From the NCBI GenBank assembly GCA_029856365.1, contig JAHQWW010000002.1, positions 1 through 64,000 on the forward strand: a DNA stretch of 64,000 bases, given 5' to 3'. Positions within the stretch are counted from its first letter, which is position 1, and every line of letters begins with the position of its first letter. The translations under genes and the position numbers were made by a program. Below, one piece after another: positions 30,124 through 40,669 of this stretch. The stretch is from Candidatus Hodarchaeota archaeon (GTDB lineage: Archaea; Asgardarchaeota; Heimdallarchaeia; Hodarchaeales; Hodarchaeaceae). The notes below the pieces were generated by a model, which saw only the letters and a list, made by a program, of their open reading frames with translations, ran no database searches and was not told where the DNA came from.

Positions 30124-33100
30124 TTGGAGCCATTAATTTTGTCCCGTCAGCTATTAAGGGAATCAAGAACCAGTTATACTACTCCAATTCCACGTTATAT
30201 AGGCATTAATATAGGCTCATTAACAATAAAAAAGGTTGTTATTGAATCATCGAAAATTTTAGTAAATATTATTCCTCACCATGGCCTTCCACTGGAACTT
30301 ATTGATGAATATTCTAAAGAGACAGGATTTTTTGGCATATCTGGCAAAATGGGGCACATTTCGGAACCAGCAGCTATTGAACGTGCCCTAAAAGAGTTAC
30401 AAATTCCGTGTGATATGATTATTTCCTTAGGGGCGGAAGTCTTCGTTTTATATCTAGTAAATAAGAAAAAAGAGATTTTCAACGTTATTTCACATAATAA
30501 ATGTGCCGCTGGAAGTGGAGAGTTTTTATCTCAACAACTTACTAGAATGAAACTATCGTTAGAAGATGGGATTCCATTAGGATATAAAGGAAAAACTATT
30601 CCATTAGCTTCAAGATGTTCTGTACACTGTAAGACAGATATTACTCATAAATTAAATCGTAACGAGGCTACAAAAGCCGATATCATCTATTCTATCATTA
30701 ATAGCATGGCATGTAAAGTTATTGCTTTGATAGAAAAAAGCCAGCACCAAGCCTCACGAATTCTACTAATTGGTGGTGTAGTTAAAAATAAGTTGTTGAT
30801 AAAACTTATACAACAGCAGCTCTCAAGAAAAACATTGATTACTGTACCTGAAAGCATATATCTTGAAGCTTATGGCACAGCATTACTAGTACAAGACAAT
30901 CCTAAATTCAAATCTCCTCATGTGTCTATAACACGAACATTTGAAAACTTGCCCCCTTTATCTCAATTTCAGGGTTTAATAACTATTAAACAAACATCAA
31001 AAAATCCAAATGCTCCTGATCCATATATCCTCGGTATTGATGGTGGATCAACAACAACTAAAGCAGTTATTTTGTCTAAAACCACTAATGAGATTGTTGC
31101 TTCTCATTATTTGAGAACAAATGGTGATCCTATTCAAGCTACTAGGGATTGTCTAGCTACGATAATTCATAATCATTCTGACTTTCCAATAGTAGCTATT
31201 GGTACAACAGGCTCCGCTCGCAAGATCATTGGTGCTTTTACTAGAAGTTCTTGTGTTATTAATGAAATTTCTGCGCATTCACGAGGTGCAGTAGAATTTG
31301 ATCCCACAGTAGACACGATTTTCGAAATTGGTGGTCAGGATTCAAAATATATTTTCCTTAATCAATCTGTACCGATATCTTATGCCATGAATGAAGCATG
31401 TTCAGCTGGTACTGGAAGCTTTATTGAAGAAGCAGCTAAAGGAGACCTTAATCTAGAATTTCACAAGATAACTAATATTGCCTTATCTGCACAAGCTCCA
31501 GTAAAGTTTAAAGATAATTGTGCCGCATTTATAAATACAGATATTAGAACAGCTTTACAAGAGGGATATGACCAAGCGGATATCGTTGCTGGAGTAATTT
31601 ACTCAATTGTTAATAATTATTTAATAAAAGTAAAGGGAAAACGTCGTATTGGCAAGACTATTTTCTTCCAAGGGGGAGTTGCATTGAACTTAGCTATCTC
31701 GAACGCATTCGCTTATGCAACACGACGTCCGATTATTGTACCACCATTTCCAGAGCTGATGGGAGCGTTTGGTATCGCATTATTGACAAAAGAAAGACTA
31801 GAAGAAGGAAAAATTACTAAAATAAGCATTAAACTCTCCACTTTCATACAAAGGTCTTTTTGCAAAGTAGGTAGTTTTACTTGTCATACCTGTACAAATC
31901 ATTGCATTATTGATAGATTAGAAGTTGGTGGAAAAAAATATCCTTTTGGTGGGCGTTGTAGCCGTTGGGAGCGAGTATGGCAACAAAAAGAACGTAGTAG
32001 AGAGATACCAGACTATACCCAGCAAAGAAATGATATCTTACTAGAAAAAGAATCAGACACCCTTATAAAAAATATTCAAGGAACAATAGGAATTCCAAGA
32101 GCATTAATGACCCATTCACTTTTTCCATTGTTTAACACTTACTTCAGAGAATTAGGATTTAAAGTAGTCCTTTCTGACATTTCACCAAAGGGATTAGAAA
32201 TAACTGATTCTGCTTTTTGTTACCCCACTGAAATAGCTCACGGAGCAGTCTTTGATCTTATCTATAATAAGAAAATTAATTTAATTTTTATTCCGCATAT
32301 ACAAAAAATGCCTACTTACAGAAAAAACGATGATCATACACATCTTTGCTATTTTAACCAAGGATTTCCCTACATTGCTCAACAAAAATTTAAAGACTCG
32401 ACTGTTGAATTTCTTACTCCAATCTTAGATTTTAGTGGAGGATATACCTCTACTACAGGTTTAATTTCCCTTCATAAGGAGTTGAATGTCACTAAATCAG
32501 AAGCTCAAAGTGCTTATACTAAAGCTATTATTCGACAACAAGAAATTGAAAATGAATTGCAAAAAATGGGTATGCAAGCTCTACAGAAGGTCATTAATGA
32601 TTCAAATGACTTAGGAGTCATCCTTGTAGGACGTAGTTACAATGCATTCCCTCCTGAAACATCAATGAATATTTCAAGAAAACTGACTAGCCAAGGAATT
32701 ACAGTTATCCCATTTGATTGTTTAGAGCGATATGATAATGAGGAAAATTATTGGTATTTCAGTAATTTAATCATGAATGCTGCTACACTCTCAATCAGAT
32801 TTCCAAACATTTTTTTACTTTACATTTCGAATTTCAGCTGTGGAATAGACGCTTTCACTCAATTCTTTTTACAGAAGGAATTAGGAGAAAAACCATATCT
32901 ACTACTGGAAATTGATTCTCACACAGCAGACGCAGGTATTTTCACACGAATTGAAGCTTTCATTGAAATTATCCGTAATTATTCAAAACAACATGTATCA
33001 GTAAAGATAGTACGATTTAATCCCAGCAAAGTTGTTTTCAGAAGTGGCAAAGCATATATATCAACAAATAATGGCGAATTACTTCCTTTAACTGACCCTC

Positions 33101-34311
33101 GTGTTAAAATTTACTTTCCAGCCATAAGTAAATATCATACTCAAGCAATTGCTATGGTACTACGTTGGAAGGGAATCCACGGATATGAGGCTGAAACACC
33201 AAATGATGAAATCTTAAGTTTAGGGAAAAAATATGTGACTGGTAAAGAATGTGTTCCTCTACCAATTACCATTGGCCAAATGCTTTCAGCGCATAAACGA
33301 CGAAAATTAAATGAAGTGATAGGATTCTACATGCTTGAAGCAGGGGCACCATGTGTAATTATTGCTTATAAACGGTTTTTTAATCAAGTTATCACAGATA
33401 ATAACCTTGAAAATCTCTTTATATTTGATCCACAAGCATCAGATAATTATTATGGCTTTGGGAATTCATTATTGATGTCCATACCTTTAGGATTAGTGTT
33501 AGCTGATTTGGTTAATGAAATAAAATCAGCTTTATTGGTTGTAAGCCCAAAAAGCTTACCACTTTTTGAAGAACAGTGGGAAGAGTTGATAACAAACTCA
33601 AAAACCAAAAAGGAGTTTAATAAACAACTCAAAAGATTTATTCAACGAATATCAGAATATCCTTGTTCTAAAAGCCCAAGTCAGTGTCCAAAAGTTTTAG
33701 TAACTGGAGATTTCTTTTTTCGGTTTGATGAGTTCTTAAAACAATCAATCGATGAGATTTATGCACAAAATGGTATTGTCATAAAAAATGTTGATGTAAC
33801 TGAACTAGCATTGTTTACTCTTTATGATAATTTGCGAAGAATGGCACAAACCTGGAATAAAAACCCTGAAGGACTAAGAACTGTGATATCCGCACTGGTG
33901 AATTATAAAGATAAAGGTAAAAAATACCTCTCTTTCTTGACTGCTTTTAAAATTCTCCAACGAACTGAAAACAAACTCCGTAAAGAATTTGAAAGTACTG
34001 GTTTATTGTTTGCAGAGAAAAATCATGTTTATGATATCTTAAACTTTGGGAAGGATTATATTACTCCAAATATTGTTGGTGAAGCCATTATTACCATTGG
34101 TAAATCCATAGAAGCAAGTATCCAAAGATATGCTGGTGTAATTGTCATTGGCCCGTTTAACTGCATGGCGTTTCGTGTTTCTGAAGGGATTTTAAAACCT
34201 ATGACCAAAAAATTGGGAACCCCTTTTTTGTTCTATGAAGCTGACTGTTCTCCCATTCCAAGCACTTTATTACGTCAGATTCAAGTACATATTCATCAAG
34301 CCACGCGTTAA
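30124..34311 (+). CDS. CoA-substrate-specific enzyme activase (two BadF/BadG/BcrA/BcrD ATPase domains plus DUF2229-like region)
   Basis: KCAAGSG, RCSVHC, GIDGGSTTTK, EIGGQDSK, MNEACSAGTG, CHTCTNHC, FSCGID, EIDSH, GKECVP, GPFNCM. Confidence 0.9.
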   Translation: MEPLILSRQLLRESRTSYTTPIPRYIGINIGSLTIKKVVIESSKILVNIIPHHGLPLELIDEYSKETGFFGISGKMGHISEPAAIERALKELQIPCDMIISLGAEVFVLYLVNKKKEIFNVISHNKCAAGSGEFLSQQLTRMKLSLEDGIPLGYKGKTIPLASRCSVHCKTDITHKLNRNEATKADIIYSIINSMACKVIALIEKSQHQASRILLIGGVVKNKLLIKLIQQQLSRKTLITVPESIYLEAYGTALLVQDNPKFKSPHVSITRTFENLPPLSQFQGLITIKQTSKNPNAPDPYILGIDGGSTTTKAVILSKTTNEIVASHYLRTNGDPIQATRDCLATIIHNHSDFPIVAIGTTGSARKIIGAFTRSSCVINEISAHSRGAVEFDPTVDTIFEIGGQDSKYIFLNQSVPISYAMNEACSAGTGSFIEEAAKGDLNLEFHKITNIALSAQAPVKFKDNCAAFINTDIRTALQEGYDQADIVAGVIYSIVNNYLIKVKGKRRIGKTIFFQGGVALNLAISNAFAYATRRPIIVPPFPELMGAFGIALLTKERLEEGKITKISIKLSTFIQRSFCKVGSFTCHTCTNHCIIDRLEVGGKKYPFGGRCSRWERVWQQKERSREIPDYTQQRNDILLEKESDTLIKNIQGTIGIPRALMTHSLFPLFNTYFRELGFKVVLSDISPKGLEITDSAFCYPTEIAHGAVFDLIYNKKINLIFIPHIQKMPTYRKNDDHTHLCYFNQGFPYIAQQKFKDSTVEFLTPILDFSGGYTSTTGLISLHKELNVTKSEAQSAYTKAIIRQQEIENELQKMGMQALQKVINDSNDLGVILVGRSYNAFPPETSMNISRKLTSQGITVIPFDCLERYDNEENYWYFSNLIMNAATLSIRFPNIFLLYISNFSCGIDAFTQFFLQKELGEKPYLLLEIDSHTADAGIFTRIEAFIEIIRNYSKQHVSVKIVRFNPSKVVFRSGKAYISTNNGELLPLTDPRVKIYFPAISKYHTQAIAMVLRWKGIHGYEAETPNDEILSLGKKYVTGKECVPLPITIGQMLSAHKRRKLNEVIGFYMLEAGAPCVIIAYKRFFNQVITDNNLENLFIFDPQASDNYYGFGNSLLMSIPLGLVLADLVNEIKSALLVVSPKSLPLFEEQWEELITNSKTKKEFNKQLKRFIQRISEYPCSKSPSQCPKVLVTGDFFFRFDEFLKQSIDEIYAQNGIVIKNVDVTELALFTLYDNLRRMAQTWNKNPEGLRTVISALVNYKDKGKKYLSFLTAFKILQRTENKLRKEFESTGLLFAEKNHVYDILNFGKDYITPNIVGEAIITIGKSIEASIQRYAGVIVIGPFNCMAFRVSEGILKPMTKKLGTPFLFYEADCSPIPSTLLRQIQVHIHQATR

Positions 34312-34668
34312 AGGTGATAAACAAAAAAAGGATTAATTACAGAGAAATCAATGATTTGGTCATCATTTTCAGTTAGTTCCCTTTTCTTGATGAAAAAGAG
34401 AATATAACAGATTAAAGAATATTACAGATAGATTACCAAGGAAAACTAGCGTGGTACAGAACACAATCCATATAAGTATTCCTTCCCTATTTATCTCTGA
34501 TAACTCTTTTTTAGTAACATAAATGAAGAATAGAGGGGAGAAGGAATAATTAATGATCAATACTTGTTGAAATGTATATTAATTGGTTATATTACAGTAA
34601 GCTAAATATTAGAAATTTATAACCATTTCATAAAAGGATTCTTAAAACGATAAATCATTAATCCTTGA

Positions 34669-35177
34669 GATATAAAGATACGAAAAGAAGCTGATGAATG
34701 GATTCTGTATGAGAAAGCAGAGAAAACAGGGAAACGTCTTATGAGATTTTTAATAGGATTTGATGGATTAAGAGCACGTCTTGCTCCTCATAGATATCCC
34801 AATATTGAAATACCTGACGAGGGATGCTTATGGTTTAATATCAATACATTAATAGGAACGAGTGAAATTATCGCTATTCCATTTGAGTTAGGAGGACTCT
34901 TAGCACCTTCATTACTCATTTCTTTCCCACGAGAAGCTAAACTGGTAGACAAGGATTTCCTTAACAAACTTCAGCAAATTAAAAATAAGTTTAACGATGT
35001 AACTCTCTTCGCAGCAACCTTTACTGCTTCCGAAAGGTTGATGAAATTTTACAACTGAAAAAGAAAACAGTTTTCTTTAACTACTTAGGTCAATCTCTTA
35101 ATATTGCAGGAAAAAAGATTTTTGAGATTGGAAAATTTATTAGAGGTATCCTCTTTGAAATGAAGAATAATTTGTAG
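34669..35177 (+). pseudogene. Probable frameshifted remnant of a hypothetical protein
   Basis: The 34741-35058 frame is open upstream with no start. It continues in the -1 frame from about 35028 (FRKVDEILQLKKKTVFFNYLGQ...NNL*). Confidence 0.4.
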
Positions 35178-35385
35178 TTTAATAACATGTTATTTATAGA
35201 AAAAAATAGAAAATAGAGCTTAGTAAGTTTGCACAATTAAAATGAATCTTTTCAGAAGGTATATTTTAGAGGAGTTCTAAATGCTCTGAGTTGTATTTGA
35301 TATATTGACACTAGAGATCATAAATAATTTTTTCATACGGAAACAACCTAAAAGATCCTCCTATTAAAAAGGAGATAAAAACAGT

Positions 35386-35943
35386 ATGCGAGATAAAATT
35401 ATATTTATTTTAAATAAAGCAGCAACAGGTAGTAAGAAAGTACGAATTCTTCTGACGCCTATTGGAGGAGGAGCCTTTATTATCTTTACTTTGCTTTTAA
35501 TTTTAATTTCTCTTCTTATGGACGATGTGTTGAGTTTCCCTAGACTTCTTCTCAAGCCAACTAATCTACTTATATCTATACCTTTTCTCACACTAGGAAT
35601 TTTTCTAATAATATGGTCATCCTTGCTTTTTGCTAAAGCGAAAGGAACACCTGTACCTTTTTCTCCTCCTATAAAGCTAGTTAATTCTGGACCCTACGTC
35701 TATATTAGAAATCCAATTGTTTTGGGTTATATTTTGATATTTTTGGGGATTGGTTTTTTATTAAGATCAATTTCTCTTGTAATAATCATCACTCCACTAT
35801 TTTTTCTACTTCTCATTCTGGAGATAAAACTGATTGAAGAACCAGAGCTAGAGAAGCGTTTGGGGAAAGAATACTTAGACTATAAAAAAAGAGTTCCCAT
35901 GTTCATTCCACGGTTGAATGAGAGAACTGAGAAGTTAAAGTGA
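35386..35943 (+). CDS. Isoprenylcysteine carboxyl / phospholipid methyltransferase family membrane protein
   Basis: GTPVPF, LVNSGPYVYIRNP, EEPELEKRLGKEYLDYKKRVPMFIP. Confidence 0.9.
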   Translation: MRDKIIFILNKAATGSKKVRILLTPIGGGAFIIFTLLLILISLLMDDVLSFPRLLLKPTNLLISIPFLTLGIFLIIWSSLLFAKAKGTPVPFSPPIKLVNSGPYVYIRNPIVLGYILIFLGIGFLLRSISLVIIITPLFFLLLILEIKLIEEPELEKRLGKEYLDYKKRVPMFIPRLNERTEKLK

Positions 35944-35950
35944 AATCTCA

Positions 35951-36460
35951 ATGAAATATAATGACCTTGAGAATTGTAAATTATGTGCTTGGGAATGTGG
36001 AGTCGATCGCTTAGCTGGGGAACAAGGGGTCTGTATGATGGGGCTTCCAGAAGTGGCAAGCTGTCAACTTCACTCGGCTTCACCACAATCATATACTGTA
36101 TTCTGCTCTGGATGCTGTTTCAAGTGCCTCAATTGCCAAAACTGGGAAATCGCTCACTACCCACGCATCCAGAGTAAGATAAAAGGATTTGGAGCCTCAA
36201 GAAAATTAATGGAAGAAGCTGTGAATCTTGCTCGAAAAACTGGGTTGGAAAACATTCATTGGGCAGGTTTATCAGAAATCTTTGGGGTGTATCCCTCTAT
36301 TCCCCAACGATTTGTAGATAGATTTTCCCATCAACATGCAGTTGTTGCAGCTTTTTACGCGCAACAAGCTAGGTGTCAACGAATCCAACGAAATTGTGGA
36401 AAGTGTGACTCTAAACTTTCGTGCGATTTGAAGGGTTATATCCCATACCAAAGTACCTAA
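35951..36460 (+). pseudogene. PFL-activase-like radical SAM gene with in-frame internal deletion
   Basis: CKLCAWECGVDR...GCCFKCLNCQNW runs almost directly into the C-terminal GASRKLMEEAV..GLENI; the TIM-barrel core (GGEP etc.) is missing; only 169 aa. Confidence 0.7.
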
Positions 36461-36484
36461 GTCATTATTGGTTGGGCTAGTTAT

Positions 36485-37378
36485 TCATAAAAATTCTCTT
36501 AATTTAACGACAATTTCTTTTATAGGATCCAATTTATTTAATGTGTAAAAATGAAGCCCTGGGGCACCTCCCTCGAGGAGTTCAGTGGATTGTCTGATAG
36601 CAATCTCAATGCCCTTCTTCTCAGTGGCCTTTAGGTCATCCTCTAACGGCCCAAAGATGTTATGGAAATGCTGAGGGACAGTAGCTCCACAAAAGGCACA
36701 AAAATTCTTTAAATTCTTGAAGTTGAAAACAGGAAGAATACCTGGTATAATCCTGTTATTAACGTTGATATTACGAAGACGAGTCACATAATCAAAGTAG
36801 TCTCTATTGTCATAGAAGAGCTGGGTGATAATGAACTCACCTCCATGTTCTATCTTATTCTTTAGATGTTTAACATCAATCTCTTTGTTCGGTGCTTCAG
36901 GATGCCCTTCTGGAAACCCTGCAACTCCACAAGAAAAATAATCGCCATAAGATCTTGAAACAAGGTCACAAAGCTGATAAGCGTACTCTAAGCCATTGAG
37001 TGCGGGTGTCCATACTTTAACATTGCGGGGTGGGTCACCCCGTAATGCAAGAATATTTACTATCTCATTAGCTTTCATTTTATCCAGTATGTCAATTAAG
37101 TCCTGTTGAGAATGGCCAACACATGTTATGTGGTGAATTGTGGGTATATTAAATCGAGTCTGAAGTTCTGTGGTGATCTCCATTGTTTTTTCACGAGTAC
37201 TACCTCCAGCGCCATAGGTGACTGATATAAAATCCGCTCCAAGATTTACAAGTTCTCTTACTACATTAAAAAAATGGTTCAATTGAGATTCTTTCTTAGG
37301 AGGAAAGAACTCAAATGAGAGAGTCACTTCCTTTTCTTTAAAAATATCAGTTATCTTCTGTACTCGCATAAGTCTCAA
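36485..37378 (-). CDS. metF: 5,10-methylenetetrahydrofolate reductase
   Basis: SFEFFPPK, SVTYGAGGSTR, LALRGDPP, PEGHP, ITQLFYD, GLHFYTLN. Confidence 0.96.
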   Translation of the reverse strand: MRLMRVQKITDIFKEKEVTLSFEFFPPKKESQLNHFFNVVRELVNLGADFISVTYGAGGSTREKTMEITTELQTRFNIPTIHHITCVGHSQQDLIDILDKMKANEIVNILALRGDPPRNVKVWTPALNGLEYAYQLCDLVSRSYGDYFSCGVAGFPEGHPEAPNKEIDVKHLKNKIEHGGEFIITQLFYDNRDYFDYVTRLRNINVNNRIIPGILPVFNFKNLKNFCAFCGATVPQHFHNIFGPLEDDLKATEKKGIEIAIRQSTELLEGGAPGLHFYTLNKLDPIKEIVVKLREFL

Positions 37379-37492
37379 CTATGGTAACACGCATAATTCA
37401 AAAAACATACCGTAACTTAAATTTTGTTACTAGTACTAAAAATTCAAATAAATCAATAATCAAGTTAAGTTAAACATCAGGCATAAACAATT

Positions 37493-38650
37493 TTGGGTAT
37501 TAAAATGATAGTGAAAGAAGTTTTGAGCGATTTTCCAACTATAGAGAAAGTTAATTATCTGAGTACTGCCAGTATAGGGTTAGTTCCTAATCCTGTGATC
37601 GAAAGGACAAAGGATTTCTTTATAGAGATGGCCGAGGGAGGAACTTTGGCTTTAGATGAGGAAACAGAGATTAGTGTTTATGATAATCTGAGGAACGAGG
37701 GAGCTAAACTTTTTGGTTGTGAACCAAGAGATGTTGCTGTCTTCAACAGCGTTTCTGAAGCTCTTAATTCTATAGCTTGGAGTTTAGAGTTAAAAGAAGG
37801 AAAGATCATCTCAACAAACATTGAATTTCCAAGCGTCACATATCCTGGGATGAGATTAGCAGAAAAAGGAAACGTTCAAGTGGAGTTAATAACTGCGGAT
37901 AATTGGGTAATTTCAGTTGATGACTTACTAGAAGGAATTAATGAAAGTACTAAAGTTGTTTTTCTGTCTCATGTTGAATTTATCACAGGCCAACGATTCG
38001 ATTTAAAGAAGATTACAAATCGGGCCCATGAATATGGCGCACTAGTAGTTGTAGATGGTATTCAAGCAGCTGGCTATATTCCACTTAACATGAAAGAATT
38101 GAATGTCGATGTTTATATCACTGGGAGCTACAAATGGTTATTAGCTCCATTTGGAACAGCAATCGCTTATATCTCAAGGAACCTGTGTAATAAATTAACT
38201 CCAGCTTTTGTTGGATGGCGGACGCCTAAAAATATGTGGGATTTTAACCCAATGGAATTAAAATATGCAACCACAGCTAGGAAGTTTGAATACAGCACGA
38301 GTGCTTATGGGGTAAAGATTGGTTTTGCAGAATCAATCAAGTATTTACATAAAATAGGTATAAAAAATATCCAAAATCATGATATGAAGTTAATTGATAC
38401 ACTAATACAAGAACTAGATTCAATCGAAGGTATTAAAATTATTTCACCAGAGAAGCGGGGGTCAATCGTAACTTTCACAATTGAAGGAAAAGAAAGTAAA
38501 AAAATTAGTAAAAAATTGTGTTCCCTAAGGAGACCCGTCGAGCTGACTATTAGACAGAATATGGTTAGGGTATCACCACACGTTTATAATACTGAAGAAG
38601 ACATTTTAGAATTTGTAAGAAACTTAAAACAAATAATACAAGAACTTTGA
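37493..38650 (+). CDS. Class V PLP-dependent aminotransferase (cysteine desulfurase/lyase-like)
   Basis: EFPSV, VDGIQAAG, GSYKWLLAPFG, RVSPHVYNTEEDI. Confidence 0.9.
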   Translation: MGIKMIVKEVLSDFPTIEKVNYLSTASIGLVPNPVIERTKDFFIEMAEGGTLALDEETEISVYDNLRNEGAKLFGCEPRDVAVFNSVSEALNSIAWSLELKEGKIISTNIEFPSVTYPGMRLAEKGNVQVELITADNWVISVDDLLEGINESTKVVFLSHVEFITGQRFDLKKITNRAHEYGALVVVDGIQAAGYIPLNMKELNVDVYITGSYKWLLAPFGTAIAYISRNLCNKLTPAFVGWRTPKNMWDFNPMELKYATTARKFEYSTSAYGVKIGFAESIKYLHKIGIKNIQNHDMKLIDTLIQELDSIEGIKIISPEKRGSIVTFTIEGKESKKISKKLCSLRRPVELTIRQNMVRVSPHVYNTEEDILEFVRNLKQIIQEL

Positions 38651-38687
38651 TTTCTATAACAACTAAAGAATGTGGTCTGGATTAGGT

Positions 38688-39128
38688 TTAAAGAATGAAT
38701 TCTTTAGGAAGATGCTTTTTGAGTTTAATAATCCTCTGAAACTCTTCATGGAAATGCTCAAGTGTTGATTCCTCGAGAGCCTCGTCAAGAGTAACCCACT
38801 TGTATTCGGAATGTTCCCAACTTAACCTCACTTCTCCTCCAAGATAGTTCAGCCAGTAATATATAAAAACCATGGGAAACTTTTGTCCACCTCTATAGAA
38901 ACATGAAGTATCGACTGGCATAACAATTTGAGCTTTGATTCCTAATTCTTCTTTTATTTCACGTAAGACTCCATTTTCAGGGTTCTCATCCCTTTCTAGT
39001 CTTCCTGTGACTGGTTCCCAAGTGTTTGGTGCAAAATCTTTTTTAGAAGACCGTTTGAGTATTAAAAAGTGATTATCTTTCTCTATTATTGCAGCTAGTC
39101 CAACATAAAATGGTTTCACGAAATCCAC
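38688..39128 (-). CDS. NUDIX hydrolase
   Basis: GRLERDENPENGVLREIKEELG nudix box, EHSEYKW. Confidence 0.92.
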   Translation of the reverse strand: MDFVKPFYVGLAAIIEKDNHFLILKRSSKKDFAPNTWEPVTGRLERDENPENGVLREIKEELGIKAQIVMPVDTSCFYRGGQKFPMVFIYYWLNYLGGEVRLSWEHSEYKWVTLDEALEESTLEHFHEEFQRIIKLKKHLPKEFIL

Positions 39129-39248
39129 TTTCTCCTTTATATATTGACTTAGCTTGAGAATAATATTTTTATACTTTTATGAGAAGATGTTGAAGTTGAA
39201 AAGTCACCTCCTATCATTAATTTGAAAGGTATCTGACTAGGAGATAGA

Positions 39249-40667
39249 TTGAATATGGATCTCGGTGGTTTTCGTAATTATGCACATCGAATAGTTGACT
39301 GGATGGCAGATTATTTAGAAACAGTGGAGAAATTTCCCGTTAAATCACAAGTAGAGCCAGGAGACATAATCAACAGACTACCACTAGAAGCACCAGTTAC
39401 TGGTGAAGACTTCGAGCAAATTTTCTCCGATTTTGAAGAATTAATAATGCCTGGAATAACTCATTGGCAGAGTCCCAACTTCTTTGCTTATTTTCCAGCC
39501 AATAGCTCTCATATTTCAATACTAGCAGAAATGCTACTCACAACTCTAGGAGCTCAATGCATGAGCTGGGAAACTTCACCAGCAGCAACAGAATTGGAAG
39601 AACGGGTCATGGAATGGTTAAGAGACATGATTGGATTACCGAAAGAATTCAGTGGAGTAATCCAAGACACCGCTTCAACTTCAACAATTTGTTCTCTTCT
39701 TACAGCTCGAGAAAAACTGACTAATTATGAAATCAATTCAACAGGGATGAACGATAAGGGTATTTTAACAGTCTATTGTTCTACTGAAACTCATTCAAGT
39801 ATTGAAAAAGCAGTTAAGATAGTTGGAATAGGTAAGGAGAACTTACGGAAAATATCTGTTGATGAAAACTTTGCTCTACAATCAGAAGCCCTAAAAAAAG
39901 CTATTAAATCAGATATTAGTAATGGTCTGAAACCAATGGCAGTTGTCGCTACAATTGGTACAACAGGTTCCACAGCTATCGACCCCTTGAAACAAATCGG
40001 TGAAATCTGTTCAAAAAATAAAATCTGGTTACATGTTGACGCAGCATTAGCAGGAACGGCATTACTTTTACCAGAATATCGATGGATGATCGAAGGGATT
40101 GAATATGCAGACACTTTTGTGTTTAACCCGCACAAATGGATGTTTACTAATTTTGATTGTTCTGCATATTTTATTAAGGATCCTGAAGCCTTAGTGAGAA
40201 CTTTTGAGATTTTACCTGAATATCTCAAAACCAAAGCAGAAGGAGTGAAGAATTTTCGAGATTGGGGTTTGCAATTAGGCCGACGGTTTCGAGCTCTTAA
40301 ACTATGGTTTGTAATCAGACACTTTGGAGTAGAAGGATTGCAAAAAAAAGTCAGATTCCACATTGATCTTGCGAACTCTCTGAAGCAAAAAATTGAAGAA
40401 TCACCAAATTTTGAATTACTTGCACCCGTACCTTTGAATACAATCTGTTTTAGATATAATCCACCCTCTATCGATGCAAATGAAGAATTAAATCAGTTGA
40501 ATGAAGAGTTATTACATCGATTAAACAGTACAGGAAAACTCTACATGACTCATACAAAATTAGATGGAAAATATACTCTCAGATTAGTCACAGGGCAAAC
40601 TAACGTCCAAGAGAAGCATGTAAACCAAGCATGGAATTTGATACAGGAAGAAACACTGAAGCTATAA
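39249..40667 (+). CDS. Aromatic-L-amino-acid decarboxylase (group II PLP decarboxylase)
   Basis: PGITHWQSPNFFAYFP, SPAATELE, HSSIEKA, HVDAA, FNPHKW, LGRRFRALKLW. Confidence 0.92.
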   Translation: MNMDLGGFRNYAHRIVDWMADYLETVEKFPVKSQVEPGDIINRLPLEAPVTGEDFEQIFSDFEELIMPGITHWQSPNFFAYFPANSSHISILAEMLLTTLGAQCMSWETSPAATELEERVMEWLRDMIGLPKEFSGVIQDTASTSTICSLLTAREKLTNYEINSTGMNDKGILTVYCSTETHSSIEKAVKIVGIGKENLRKISVDENFALQSEALKKAIKSDISNGLKPMAVVATIGTTGSTAIDPLKQIGEICSKNKIWLHVDAALAGTALLLPEYRWMIEGIEYADTFVFNPHKWMFTNFDCSAYFIKDPEALVRTFEILPEYLKTKAEGVKNFRDWGLQLGRRFRALKLWFVIRHFGVEGLQKKVRFHIDLANSLKQKIEESPNFELLAPVPLNTICFRYNPPSIDANEELNQLNEELLHRLNSTGKLYMTHTKLDGKYTLRLVTGQTNVQEKHVNQAWNLIQEETLKL

Positions 40668-40669
40668 CT

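Noticed and set aside
34369-34560. 63-aa hydrophobic ORF
   Set aside because: Weak start and no family signal; it may be a remnant but is unsupported.
39791-40363. 190-aa minus-strand ORF and similar short nested ORFs throughout the track
   Set aside because: They are antisense or alternate-frame shadows of well-supported genes.
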